Positions 52,801 through 64,000 of a stretch of 64,000 bases of DNA are shown piece by piece; the stretch's first letter is position 1; each line of letters begins with the position of its first letter. A program made the position numbers and the translations under genes. This stretch comes from Zygnema circumcarinatum SAG 698-1b. Lineage: Eukaryota > Plantae > Zygnematophyceae. The DNA is taken from the NCBI GenBank assembly GCA_037447605.1, contig CM074807.1, positions 2,800,327-2,864,326 of the forward strand. The letters run 5' to 3'. The notes below the pieces were generated by a model, which worked only from the letters and a program-made list of their open reading frames with translations, had not been told where the DNA came from and did no database searches.

Positions 52801-55800
52801 GCGCAGCAGTTATCCACCACAATGGAAAGCTTGTGTACACCAATGCTTTTGATTAATCCGTTGACAAAAAGAGCTTTTTGGATGCTCCAGTTCTGAAGCA
52901 GAAACCTTCACTGCTAGTGAAGGCAGAAGAGCCCCCCACCTTTGAGATGGCCGCAGGAGGAGCAGAGATGCACCAACAGCTCGCGACTGGCTACCGCCAC
53001 CGCACTGTTCATCCAATGAGACGCTCCGGCAACTATGCCAGCTTTGCGAATACAGTTGTAGAAATCAAGCAGCCAAGAAATCCTTTGAGGTTCCACCAAC
53101 ACGTCTCGCAGCACGGGTCCAATCTGCAAGTGGACATTTGTGAATGGATGAGCTGAAGGTGGGGGAGTACTTTGGACGAAGGAGCATTAGGAGTTCGAGC
53201 AACTACAATCTATGAATTGCAAATTCATTCAAACACGAGATGTGCCCAAAAAATAGCAGAGGTTGCCAGGGCTTTGCTATCCAGTTCCTGTTAAGACTCT
53301 CCTTTCTAGTTTTTGTTCAAATGCGATGCAGTGCGAGCCTGATTGCATTCAAGTTCAATCCTACGACTTTGCTTCCCTTGTTCTCCGATAAATGCCGAAA
53401 GGTTCGCCTAGTTTTCTTACCAAAACTGCACTCACTGACGTCCCAGTTAGGAATCTTTCTGAATTCAAGCATTCTACTAAGCTCCACTCAAACTGATATA
53501 AGGGAACAATTGGATGCTTCCTGTGCCTCCATAGGCCTGCTTACACCCTAAAGCCACCCACCTTTGAAGCCCCAGACCTGCGACGCCCTCTTCCCTCGAA
53601 ACTGCTCTCATCCGACTCCCAGAGCAAAAGCTGCAACAAAAGTCGAAGAGTTGTGGTACAGAGCTCCATAGCTTGTGGCTGATCTCCACCCTGCGCTGTC
53701 TGCGTTGCTGCTCGAATGGCCACTTCTTGTGCGACCTTATAGATTGGCTGTCCAGACCATTCCATTCCCACCCCGTAAAAAAAACATCAGATATGATGGT
53801 GGCTAAAGCCATCTGAACGCTTTGCTGGCAGAGCACGTCAAGCAGGTAAAGCGGTTGTAGTGGGCCAACCAGCAGGTACTGCGTCTCCAAAGAAGCTCGG
53901 CAGCGCTCATGAAAATTGGCTGACATTCCCATGGGAGTGGCACTTGCTGGAGAAAACTCGAGCACCTGAACCACGAACAGCATAAAAAAGCATCGATGAC
54001 TTTCAGGGAGACGGAACCACCAGGAGCACTTCAATCTGAGCTGTACGGCGGCAGCGTTTCTAAGCGAGGGAGTGGATAAACTACCACAGCTTCGAGCAGA
54101 GCGAGGGCTCGGTTTTGGGCCGAAAACGATCGGCCTGGCTCCCCGTGAGCTATTTTTTCGACCTGCCCTAAAGCACACCACATTTGTCAGGATTCATGCA
54201 AGAAACACGCATGCCAAACGTGGAGCATATTCTTTTGGTGCATAAGCTTCAACACTGGAAAGAGGCGAGCAATTGAGGATTCCTTACATGAGTGAAGAAC
54301 GCGTCCTTTTCTGCTCCGCTGCTATCCATCCTGTAGATGCCCATATGCAGCTTGCTCGGATCAGCAATGTGAAACTCACAGCACAAATGATACGGTTCTT
54401 TGAAATACGAAAGATGTTGTGAATCTCCAACTTTGCATTAAAATAAACCAGCAGCATCCGACCAAACAGGGTGTATCAAGAGAAGAGCATCTGCACTCAA
54501 AGAGGCAACGGAACAAAACTATTTGCATCGTAAGGCATGGCAGTGATGAGAGAAGAACGTGCTTGCCAGCCTCTCTTGAAGAGAATCGCGGCGACTGCAA
54601 CCATTTCGCGACACACGACTGAGTCAACTCCTTCGCGTCCGACCACATAATTCAAACAGTACCTGGCAATCAGAAGCCAACAGCTCAATAGGAGTACCCA
54701 ACCTCGCCATCTCTAAGCCTGTGACCGGAGGAAGCTCTTTGAAAGGCTAATAATCATGCCAACAATGTAAAAACTAATCGCAAGCTGGCAAGCACAAGGT
54801 GCTTCAAGACGAGAGGAAGAGATACATGGATGAGAACAAGGGAATGCAGTCCTTGAAAAACTAAACAAAAGACGCAGCTAATCTCAAGTTTAACCTCCCT
54901 CCAATTTTCCTTAGGGGACAACTCTCTAGAATGTGTTGCAAAGAATACATATGTAATGTGACCGCTGCTTGTCATAACATGCAACAACATTTCGATGCCA
55001 TTCTTACTGTAGCAAGAGGCAAGCAAGACCAGTTGTGACTGTAAAATTAGGCCTTACGCTAGAAGACTACTACGGTCCGATGGAGGAAGATTTGGCCATT
55101 CTCGTAGTGCAGCCTGGCGCAGTGCTGAAGCCGCATGGAAACATGCTTCGCTAATTCTCGAAGTCTCTGAACTTTCACCAACAAGCAATTAAAGCATTAC
55201 TTTTCCATGAAAGCTTTCAGCCATCGAAACGACAGAATTGAAAATTCAAAAAAAACCCGCTAAAACTTCTCTGCTTTATACGCGAAAGGAAAACCTAATT
55301 TTAACACATTTAGAGCAAGTGGTGCTGTGGCTAGTAAGAAAGGGTAAACAAAAACGAATAAACTGAAGGGGACAATATACCGGCGACACAGTGAGTCACA
55401 GTCAACAGTCAGTAAGTCAACAGTCACTCTGTTGCAACTCAAATTCAAAGGCTTTAAAACAATAGTTTGCTCCTCGAACCGTCTTAGAGCTAACCATGTA
55501 CTAGAACAGTGCACCCCGCTACATCCATGTTAAACAGAATGTTGTACTCGTGACCCAGGCTCGATGTTCAGGCTGTATCACAATGCCTGCTACAAACCCC
55601 TCTCCTTTCAATCTTTTCTGAACGCTGGTATTAAATCATAACGTCACCTTTTACAAGGTTTTGTTATACCTGCCTAAAACAGGGTCTTGTCACTGTGTTC
55701 CTCGCACTCATGAACAACCTTGATACCTAGTGACTGATCAGCCTGATGTTTTTTCCACATTTCTCGAAAACTGTGAATACTCGATTCCTTTAGCCTCAAC

Positions 55801-57224
55801 ATTGGAGAATCACTAGCTCAAGCTGGTCATCGTTTAGTATTACAGTTTCAAGGCCGATCAATCCCTGTCAGATTCCTGCTCTGTCCTTGACCTCTTGTTT
55901 TAGCCAAACATTGATTGAAAGAGCTTTGACTTCCGCACTCGCTGCTGGCTTCACTTTTTAATGCATCAGCCCCTCCTCCATCAAGATTATTCGCTCTTCA
56001 GTAAAGCAGTGAAAGAACTTCTACAAGATGTATATTTTCCTGGAATTTTCTCTTGCCAGTGAGTATTCATTTCCCTACAGCATGGAGTGTCATTCATTTG
56101 TGATAGGCCCAATTTCATCAACTTTGGAAGATACCATGAGCCGGCTATCCCTTTCGTGCGGAGTCACCAGAACTCTGTTGCACTGCTGTTACAACACTAG
56201 AGTATGCTACAAACTCCATATCCTCCTGCGCGTTCCATGAGCAGATATTACTAGTTTCAAAAATGTACTCTTCAGTGCGAATGAGAGCTATGAGAACTTC
56301 TGTTCGTCAGTCGGCCACGATTGACCACTTTGAGCTATTGAATTCATCTAGGAACTGGTTAGAGCCATCTTCAATCTAATTGCGTTCTCGTTTGCTCTAG
56401 CAGTTTTCATTTCAGTTCCTAAAATTGCTATTGGTCCTACAATCCCATTTGAAAAGTGCTGAGGATCAGTGTCAAGCTCTCACTTCACTACCCTCAAATT
56501 CAGCCAACTAATGGACTAGCAACTGGCTTTCACGATTCTTGTTAATTGCGCTGTAACCTCTTCAACACAAACAAAACACTTGGGCGTGCTAGAATTTTTC
56601 CTTTCCACTCACACTCACACTCGTCTACTTGGCAGTTATCCTTCCTAAAAAGTTCAAGTCCATTCATTAGACACCCTTTGTTCATGTGATGCTGTTATTG
56701 GCTCAGAAATGTTTTTTCAACGAACAACAACTCATCTTCTCTAAAGAATGAGCGCTAATGCAATGATGCGCTGTAGAAGCGTCAGGAGTGCTAAAGTTCA
56801 TAAAATTCCTACTTGCATCCCTAGCATTGCTCACCCAATATGTGCTGGCATGCTTGCAGGGCCTTCGGAGATTGACGGAGGGCGACCAAAGCAGCTTCAG
56901 CATCTCGCCTCAAAGGTCCCTGCACGAGTTGAATCCATACATTCTTAAGATTTAGGCGGGTCCGTCGCTCTTGGGATGTATGATTTTAGAGGACATTCAT
57001 ATGAAAACATCTAGTCACAATGGCAAACAGAGATATATTTTCCACCTCCTCTTCTCGTGTAGAAGTGAAGATGCAATGGCTAATATTGAAAGGGTGCAGC
57101 AGCCATGATGATTTCAGATGCCAGGGGTGTTTCCTTTTTCTTGGAGTGTCGATAGCACCTGGAGAGACGCGCATGCTTGCTCCACCAACTGACGAGTGAT
57201 CTCCAGCTCTGAAAGGGTAGCCAT
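44932..57224 (-). CDS. XPO4: Exportin-4 (importin-beta family)
   Basis: About 28 exons matching plant XPO4: VEQACASLQ, ALRQSPKALQACQHILE, ALREW, ILFKRGW, VLEFSPASATPMG..FHERCR, SELLDGCRAL, LADSGEGETPL, SPRLME, EKYKDLRALLQLL, AADALLPLVLCEP, RGVVRTR*. ATG at 57224 is inferred. One intron is GC-AG. Confidence 0.93.
46797..46854. repeat. Poly(A/T) tract (42 A, TG, 14 A) in an XPO4 intron next to the 3' splice site
   Basis: Read directly. On the XPO4 sense strand it is a poly(U) tract ending about 13 nt before the acceptor. Confidence 0.97.
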
Positions 57225-59883
57225 TACTCTTCTTTTCCTGTTGTTACCCCCAAAATCTTGCCCCTTGCCTGCAGTACTAGCAGCAGTAATCGCTGACAAG
57301 TCTGGAGGATCAATGCCTTCTCTCTCTGCACACCGTAGCATATGAGAGAGTCGCCATGGCTATCAAACCATCAAAGCGGAAGCTTCCTCTGCCTGACAGC
57401 GGGCTGCTCTGCTCTGCTGATCGCAGCGAACCTCTCCTCTCTCGAACGGGGCGCCCGTGAGCGGCAGAATTTTGCTATAAATGGAGAGCCGCGGGAATTG
57501 AGGCGCTCAGTTTTCCATCACGGTAGTTTAAGTCTGACGCTGGCGGGCGCTGTGCTGCTGGGCGCACCGCCAGCGGATGATTGCTGGGGCTCGTCTGAAT
57601 AATGTGAGGCTGATGCAGCCATGCTTGAGCTGCATCTGATGGATGTCACATCAGCGAACTCAGAAGTGAAAGCAGTAAATGGGAAGCCTGAGCGGGGAAG
57701 CCTGGTGGCTGTATGGCTGCCGCTTTCAGCGGAAGGCTTCAAGACAAGCCTCCATGATTAAAGATGTTTTCCTTACCTTATGGACACTCTGCCCTCGTCG
57801 GAGTGTCTCAAAGGCTGAAATTTGACTGGATGAGAGGCTTGACAACTTTGGCAACAATTGTCATCTGGAGAAAGAGGAGACCAGAGGTTTCTTTGCGGGC
57901 CAGATGTCCGATGTTGTAGGGCACTAGATCGCCTTGTCGCAATTGTTTCTCTGTCTTGTCCCTAGAAGCAATGCAAAACAGTCCTTTTTTGGGGCTGCAT
58001 CGGCAGTGTTCGGCGTGAGCGATGCATAAGGGCGCATTCCTCGTTGTCGACGTTTGCAGCAAAGGGGATTTGATGATCCGATGGTTTGCCTCAAGTAAGT
58101 GTGGAACATATGGCCTGCCTGCCTGCCTAAAATAAATAAAGTCTTGTTCAGATTTGTCGTTGACGAGCAGCTAGCACGATTCTTTTACCATTTTGCAAAC
58201 TTTCGGGCTTAATCTGATAGGTAACAAAATTTGCAAGAAGGCCAGAGCAAGTTTCTAAAAATAATGTTCTTCTTAGTTCGCGTTTTTTGATTTTTCTTGC
58301 ATTCAGCTATGCTCCAACGAGAATGTCCCGCAATTGGCACTGTATCAGTTACGAAAATCAAATAGTTTATCACGCTCATGGTTCGGGACATTTTTCATGA
58401 TTCTTTCAGCGAACCCTGTTTTTGTGTCACCTGGAACTTTGGTGCACTTTAGTTGTTACAAACATATCTGGGCTGCGCCAGAATTTTGTGTCCTTTAATA
58501 TCGATGTGGTCATGTTCTTAGTATGTTTGATTTGTGCAAACCTTTGGAGGGAACTATGATGATTACTCCTGCTGAGAATTCTGGCATTGGGTATTGTACA
58601 GCTTGGTTGCTGCTGGCTGCCGCTGCATATATCTGATAGCCTCTCTTTGATGAGAAAAGGCGAAGCTGAGTTCCCTTTATGAATTAGAACGTGTAGTAGG
58701 TGCAAGAAGTCTCTCTCTTTCTCCTTTGGAGAAAAGGAAACAAATTGCTTTCTGTGGTTACAGTCGTAAGTGGGACTGGGTGGTGCATGTTGTTGATTAA
58801 CTGGTAAGAATAAGCTTTCGGTTTTAGTCAATCGTTCTATTCTTTCTAAAAAGTCATAACTTTTCTAGTTGCACTACTACGTAAGTGTGCTTTTAGAAAT
58901 TTAAAAATTTGAAAGGGATGTTACGTAGAAGCCAAACTTGTAATTATTTGTGTAATCTTTGCTCAAGTACTAAATCGTATTTTTGCGTTTTTGATAATTG
59001 CAGGAAAAGAAGGTGAATTGAAGTCAAAGGAACACTAATACATATCCCAGTTTGCACAATAATAAAAAAAAAAAAGTGGCATTTTGCAAATTTACTTATA
59101 TATTGAAAACATATTCGGATTTGTAAGAGAATTTGGGAGTAAAAGTGGGAGGATGAAAAGTGGTATGCTAGAAAGCAATGGAGGATGGATCAAAGTAAGA
59201 CTAAGAGACATGAGAAGGAAAATAAACAAGTTATTGGAAGAGAAATGTAAAGACAAAAAAGACATCGGACGAGAAATTAACAAGAAGATAGTGACATAGA
59301 CGACGAAGAGGAACAAAAAGAGCGGTCCTCTAATTGTGCATTAGGAATAATGTTGTCTTCACAAGCATAAATATAAGTCAAATATAGCTTTTCCTAAGTA
59401 GACTTAGCATAAGTTATTATAGAGAGATTATCCGAGACTGGCAGCCTCTCTCTCCATAGAGGATTGCTCCCACCTTGCCCACGTTGCCCTCCCAAGTTGC
59501 CGCCGCTGCCGCCGCCGTCAAGTCATCCCCGCCAGGCCCCGCGCCTCCCCCCTCGCCCCTGCCCCGTTACGCGGCGCGCCCCCCCTTACATGCCCCGTGG
59601 CCGTCGCGTCGCCTGTGTCGCCGACTGCCCGTCGGATGTTGCAGGTCCGGCCCCTCCGGGTGACGAGGCCCCCCGTCCGCTGCCCCGCCCCAGCCCCGCC
59701 CGCCCCGCCCCGCGGAGCACGAGAGAGCGGCGGGGACACTCGTTCAATTTTTCAGTTGAAAGGCGAGCGCGAGCTGAAGCTCAAGTCAGCGGCGTCACTC
59801 CTGCGGCTTCCTCCTCGAGCGCTTCCTCGGCCTCGCCCTCTCCCACTTCCTCTCCCCTCCCGCCTGCACTCCTTCCCGGCGCC

Positions 59884-62800
59884 ATGCTCGTGCCCCTGCG
59901 AGCGGGCTCGCCGCTGCTGCGCTCTGCCGCCTTCTCACACGCGCACGCGCCGCTCGCCACGCTGCCTCCTACTCGCCGGGGTGTCTCTGCGGCGCGGGCA
60001 GTCAGTTCCATGGCGCCAGATGCCAGGCACTCTCTGCACCTGCCACCTCTCTGCGCTCGTTTCGGCGTCCTTCTTTTGAGAGTTCCTTGAGAAATCATTT
60101 TTTTTTTCTTCTACTCTGTTTCTATCTATATGGTGCTGGCCACCTTTTGAATCTTCTCACTGGCAGACCAGGGACGTGCTTGTGCACTTCTTTTCTCCCC
60201 TTTTTTTTTTTTTCTTACTTAAAATGTTTACTACCCACCAGAGTCAGCCTGCAGCAACTTGCTCACACTTCTAATCACTGAAAGACCGTTTTTTAAAAAT
60301 GATCTTTCTTAAAAGAAATATTAATCATCCTGTTTTTGCTTCTATTTCTTTAGCTCAGTGGTGCGTCCATCTCTAAGGCATCTGATGGCTCACTTAAAGT
60401 TCCCGATCACCCAATCATCCCATTCATTGAAGGAGATGGCACCGGCCCCGATATATGGCGCGCAGCAAAACATGTCTTTGACTCCGCGGTTGAGAGGGCG
60501 TATGGTAGCAAGAGGTGAATTTTTCTGCCTTCTCTACTAATGCTCTTATCAATGCTTGCCAACTGGCAAGTCTGGCAGTTTTGCCAGCTCATGAAACATT
60601 TTCTCTCAAAGCATTTTTTTTCTAGGAATCCCAAACCATGGCATTTCAATCATGCATCACGCGTGAATTTTTTGGTGTACGAAAGCTCGGAAAAAGCAAG
60701 ATTGCTTCCAGTAGGACAGAGTTGAACATGTTCTCGGGCAAATCGAGCGCCGTATGAAGCAAGCTCGCTGCCTGCCATTCAATAAAGGGCGGCATCATGA
60801 GCTGCTTTAAGTATGCTTTTGTCATCGATATTTAAGCGACTGGTGGTGCCACTGAGGCTTCAACGACGATTTTTTTATTGTTTGTTTGTCCTCTGGATTC
60901 AATCTTTTTATTTGCTTGCTGACAAGCTGATGGGAGGGGGTATCCGCTTTGGTTCGATCTATGTTTTGTCAGGAAAATAGTTTGGAAGGAAGTTCTTGCA
61001 GGTGAAAAGGCCTTTGTGCAGACAGGCGAATGGCTGCCTCAGGCAACTTTGAGTGCTTTCCGAAAACATCTTGTTGGAATCAAGGTGAATCGAAGCTGCT
61101 GATCAGGGCCCAAAGTTTATGTTTCCTTGTTTTCCAATCAACGAACTAAGCACTTTTAATTTGGCTGACAAGGAAGGAATTTTCCTGTCCAGTCTTTTAT
61201 GCTCTCAAAGATGGCGAAAAGAATGTCGAGGAAACGTTCCCTGCCTTTATATTGAAGCTCTGCCAGAAGTATGGTTACGGCTTTTTATCCCAAATCGTTT
61301 AGTTGATTTGCCTATTTGCGATGTGATTGCTGTGGCAGGGTCCACTGACAACTCCAATAGGAGGCGGTATTCGATCCCTAAACGTGGCATTGAGGCAAGA
61401 GTTAGATCTTTATACGTGTCTTCGGCCTGTTCGGTGGTACTCGGTAATATGCTTACCCATTTATTGCATTCTTTACCCTTATTTCCTTTGTTACTTGCTC
61501 ATTACCATGACTATTCGGGTCATTTCATTGTAGTTTAGGTAAGAACTGCCTGCATCACGACTTGAATGTCCTTCATCATGTTTTAGACAGTTGTTTGCTT
61601 TATTGAGTCACTCGCTCTTCTTATGACGACTGGCTTTAAGCCATTTAAGCGTAATAAACTTAACGCTTCCTTGCATATTTGTTTCATTTGTACTGCACAT
61701 GTGAATGCCCCTTTGTCATATAATCATTTATAGCTTGGATCTTTTTAACTGAAATGGACTATTTTGAGTAGCTTCCTATGAGCCCAAGTTTTGCATGTAA
61801 CAAAACATGTCTGTTCGCGAAGGGGTTTGGGAAACCACTGCACCATGATGGGTAAAAGCTACTTATAAACACAGTGTGGAAACTGCTAATGACTAGGTCA
61901 TTCGGTCATGACAACATGGAAAATGCAGGGGGTACCATCTCCAGTAAAGCGGCCGGATGACGTGAATGTGGTCATTTTTCGAGAAAACACGGAGGATATA
62001 TATGCAGGCATCGAGTTTCAGCGTGGAACAAAGGATGCTGAGCTTTTTGCGGAACTGTTGCAAAAGCACTTCCCAGACCGATTCAAGAAGGTAGTCGGTT
62101 TCTCTTTTTTTTCTCTTGTCGTTCTTGCGGCATAGTAAATGCTTGCTGACAGCCTCAAGAGAAAATATCTCCTATAGTTCCTTTCTTAATTCTAAACTGT
62201 AAAGCTGTGGTTATCTTGCAGCAAGTTTAGCAGATGTTTCCGATTTCTCATTAGTAACGTTACTCTTCTAGCAAAGCGACTTCCAATTCTGACGATTTGT
62301 CGAAAGGTGCGATGACCTTTCTCCACTGACCAGCATCTTGCTGACTCCTTGCAGATCCGGTTTCCCGGCTCTTCCGGGTTTGGCGTGAAGCCTGTCTCGG
62401 AGGACGGCTCTAAACGGTTGGTCCGCGCCGCCATCAAGTTCGCACTGGCGAAGGCCCGAAAGAGCGTCACGCTTGTGCATAAGGTTTGCTTTCTCCCCCT
62501 GTCTCAGCCGCCGCATACAGAACAGAACAAACTCGCGAAGTTCAGGGTTGCGCCGGACTTTGTTTTTTTATCCTATGTCTTCGAACACACGTTGGGTTCG
62601 TACGGAATTGTTTTCCGTGGTGGATATAGTCGTCAGCTGCAAGGTGCTTAAAGTTTATGTGATGGTCCAAGTGCAAGAACGTTTCAGAGTTAAGACTGAT
62701 GAACTTCCTAAACGGCCTTGGCCCAAGGAAATTTACCATTTTATTCTAGGAACTGTACCCTTGAAGTACAAAAATCGGGAGGAAGCCGCAATTATGGTAT

Positions 62801-63983
62801 TATACTGAGATACGTCAGCAGATCACATGTAAACATACTGTGGTCACTGTTTGTTAACTAGTTCAATATGCATTTATCCAGTATTGATATCAGTTTTTCA
62901 AACCAAACTGGGCCCAGGCGTTGATGTTAGCTTTTCATTCAAACTGGGCCTTCAACTCCTACCTGTCGGAAATTGTGTCACAAGCTTCCTTGCTGCTCTG
63001 AAACGATGCAGTAACTCTGTGCGATGAAGGGATGCGGAGAGTGGTCACTGTGACGTGGCTGCATCCACCGGCAGCCACTGATCACTGATGTAAGTATTGT
63101 CAGTATGTAAATGAAAGTGAGCCAGCAAGGCTTGGAAAGCAATGTGGTGATTTACAGAAGGAGAGGATGCTTTCTGTTGCCGTACTTCTCAACAGCAGCC
63201 TTCTGACTTCGACCGCATTTAGAACGACGTGACTCGAACTCGCGCGCGTCATTGCGACTTTGAAAGCTGCCACATCAAATCTATGTCCATCTATCCCTGA
63301 AGGATGGTTGAGAATTCACTCTCCGTGTGGCCTAGGCTAACTTTCCTGCTTAGGGATCTTCAAGTCACTCAAATTTGAGCAGTGAACACGATTCTTGGAT
63401 ACAAACCAAACGCACCGATGCTACAAATACTGTTTTAATGCCTGCTGTGTTCAGGGCAACATCATGAAGTTTACAGAAGGTGCATTCCGCGACTGGGGCT
63501 ATGAGGTTGCTCGGGAAGAGTTTCGAGAGGATATCATTACAGAACGTGAAAGCTACATTCTGGACAACAAAGACTCTAATCCAGACATTTCAGTTGAGGT
63601 AAGCAGAGCGTCATCTTTTTTTCATGAAATTGAGGCAGCTAACCTTTCTACCTTTCAAATGGGCCTTTTTAGTCTGCAGACAAACTTTTGTTCGTGCAGG
63701 GCAAACAACAAGGCCTCTTGAAGTGAGAGGAACTTTGAGGAAGTGCCTTTGTACCATACTACCTTCTTTGCCTGACCTTATCTGATGGAAGTACAAACGA
63801 CATCTGCAGGATAATGCGCGTATCTTGGAGCCTGGATACAGTCTTATGCCGCCCAAGCGACAGGACGAGATCCGAAATGAGGTGGAGGGCGTTCTGGCGA
63901 AGCTGCATGCTTCACACGGCGATGGAAAGTGGAAGGAGAAGCTTTTGGTTCGCGATGCGATTGCTGACATTGCTCTACAGCAA
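59884..63983 (+). CDS. icd: Bacterial (icd)-type isocitrate dehydrogenase with organellar transit peptide; 3' part runs off the window
   Basis: Exons 59884-60000, 60354-60514, 60973-61084, 61339-61443, 61929-62090, 62355-62483, 63455-63598, 63810-63983 splice in frame. Motifs [98 protein letters not shown]. Confidence 0.95.
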
Positions 63984-64000
63984 GTAAGGGCCGCTATCCA

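Noticed and set aside
55200-56830. Protein-like broken frames in the 1.66-kb XPO4 intron 2 (e.g. GLETVILNDDQLEL)
   Set aside because: Stops every 10-20 codons and no recognisable family motif. Cannot support a pseudogene or nested gene without a translated search.
59464-59883. Pro/Arg-rich upstream extension of the IDH ORF and other GC-rich ORFs at gene 5' ends (2217-2699, 25685-26428, 10479-10814)
   Set aside because: These start at non-ATG codons or lie in GC-skewed promoter/UTR DNA where stops are rare. No domain signal.

Overview
Eukaryotic, intron-rich, gene-dense plant-lineage DNA. A streptophyte alga or seed-free plant is the likely source, but this is inferred from protein types and the species cannot be fixed from the sequence. 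I hand-spliced ten protein-coding genes: NSRP1/CCDC55 (3' part, +), mitochondrial di/tricarboxylate carrier DTC (+), rRNA m5C methyltransferase NSUN5 (-), FolD (+), a PQ-loop (PQLC2-like) vacuolar amino-acid transporter with a very large inserted loop (-), a SAWADEE-homeodomain SHH protein (-), spatacsin SPG11 (-), plant-type arginase (-), exportin-4 (-), and the 5' part of an isocitrate dehydrogenase (+). An island at about 18.4-21.8 kb holds two back-to-back Ty1/copia 3' remnants, one with a nested solo LTR. The strongest lead is the IDH: it is a bacterial icd-type enzyme with a cyanobacteria-like insertion, eight spliceosomal introns and a transit peptide, i.e. an apparently domesticated horizontally or endosymbiotically acquired gene. 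Other leads are five GC-AG introns among roughly 100, a recurrent GTAC-cluster plus G-box promoter module shared with an LTR, exact CCAAT-N9-CCACG elements, and a (TGACG)n array in a divergent promoter. No tRNA, rRNA or CRISPR was recognised. Homology calls rest on recalled family motifs, not database searches.
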